Assembly (NCBI GenBank): GCA_003971905.1
Contig: RSEE01000062.1
Location: forward strand, 310,001 to 374,000
From: Moniliella sp. 'wahieum'
Taxonomy: Eukaryota
Length of the DNA stretch: 64,000 bases
Direction: 5' to 3'
Below the pieces are notes generated by a model. That model made no database searches and was not told the DNA's origin. It saw nothing but the letters and a program-made list of their open reading frames with translations. A program made the position numbers and the translations under genes. Below, one piece after another: positions 63,742-64,000 of this stretch (the stretch's first letter is position 1; every line of letters starts with the position of its first letter).

Positions 63742-64000
63742 AGGTGCAGAGGTGGGGAGGGGTGGGAGAGAGAGTTATTGTGGGTGAGATGAGAGAGAAG
63801 AGCAGGGAATGAAGGTACTTGGATTGGCTTATATATCTCTCGCGCGGCAGGGGTAGTCAGGTGAGATCACCGGTCCACAGCCTCGAGGCTCCTTCCGGCG
63901 CGTCGGCGGTTGTTGGTGTGGCAGCCACCTACGCTGTTGTGTCTCCGGCGGTGATGCATGCATGATGCACTGTAGTATTCAGTTACTGCGCTAGTCAATA

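Overview
This window is fungal nuclear DNA, basidiomycete-like and possibly Ustilaginomycotina: GC-rich, with short GT-AG introns and CTAAC/CTGAC branch sites. Almost every gene, including RPS5, GAR1 and hexokinase, carries scattered 1-bp frameshifts that look like uncorrected long-read errors, so many gene ends are approximate. Recognisable genes are a NUDCD1-like protein, a head-to-head RPS28/RPS5 pair, mitoribosomal mL46, a membrane-bound NRPS-like enzyme, a GPI-type Ser/Thr-rich wall protein, GAR1, a TMEM70-like protein, a YHM2-like carrier, a HOS3-like deacetylase, a PL14 lyase, an ABCC transporter, a PTR2/POT peptide transporter, an RA-PH protein, hexokinase and a small secreted protein. 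There are two intron-containing tRNA genes, Lys-CTT and Gly-GCC. Three things stand out. (1) The NRPS-like gene looks like a Pls/PosA-type polymer synthetase whose adenylation core is an acyl/oxalate-CoA-ligase type, with a leftover second A-subdomain. (2) A complete 4.7-kb pol-less copia-type LTR element (5-bp TSD, half-tRNA PBS, PPT) carries four tandem-repeat arrays and sits 54 bp upstream of tRNA-Gly. (3) Intergenic DNA holds many patches of A-xxxx-T palindromic hexamers repeated with a 7-nt period. No searches were run; family calls come from motif recognition.
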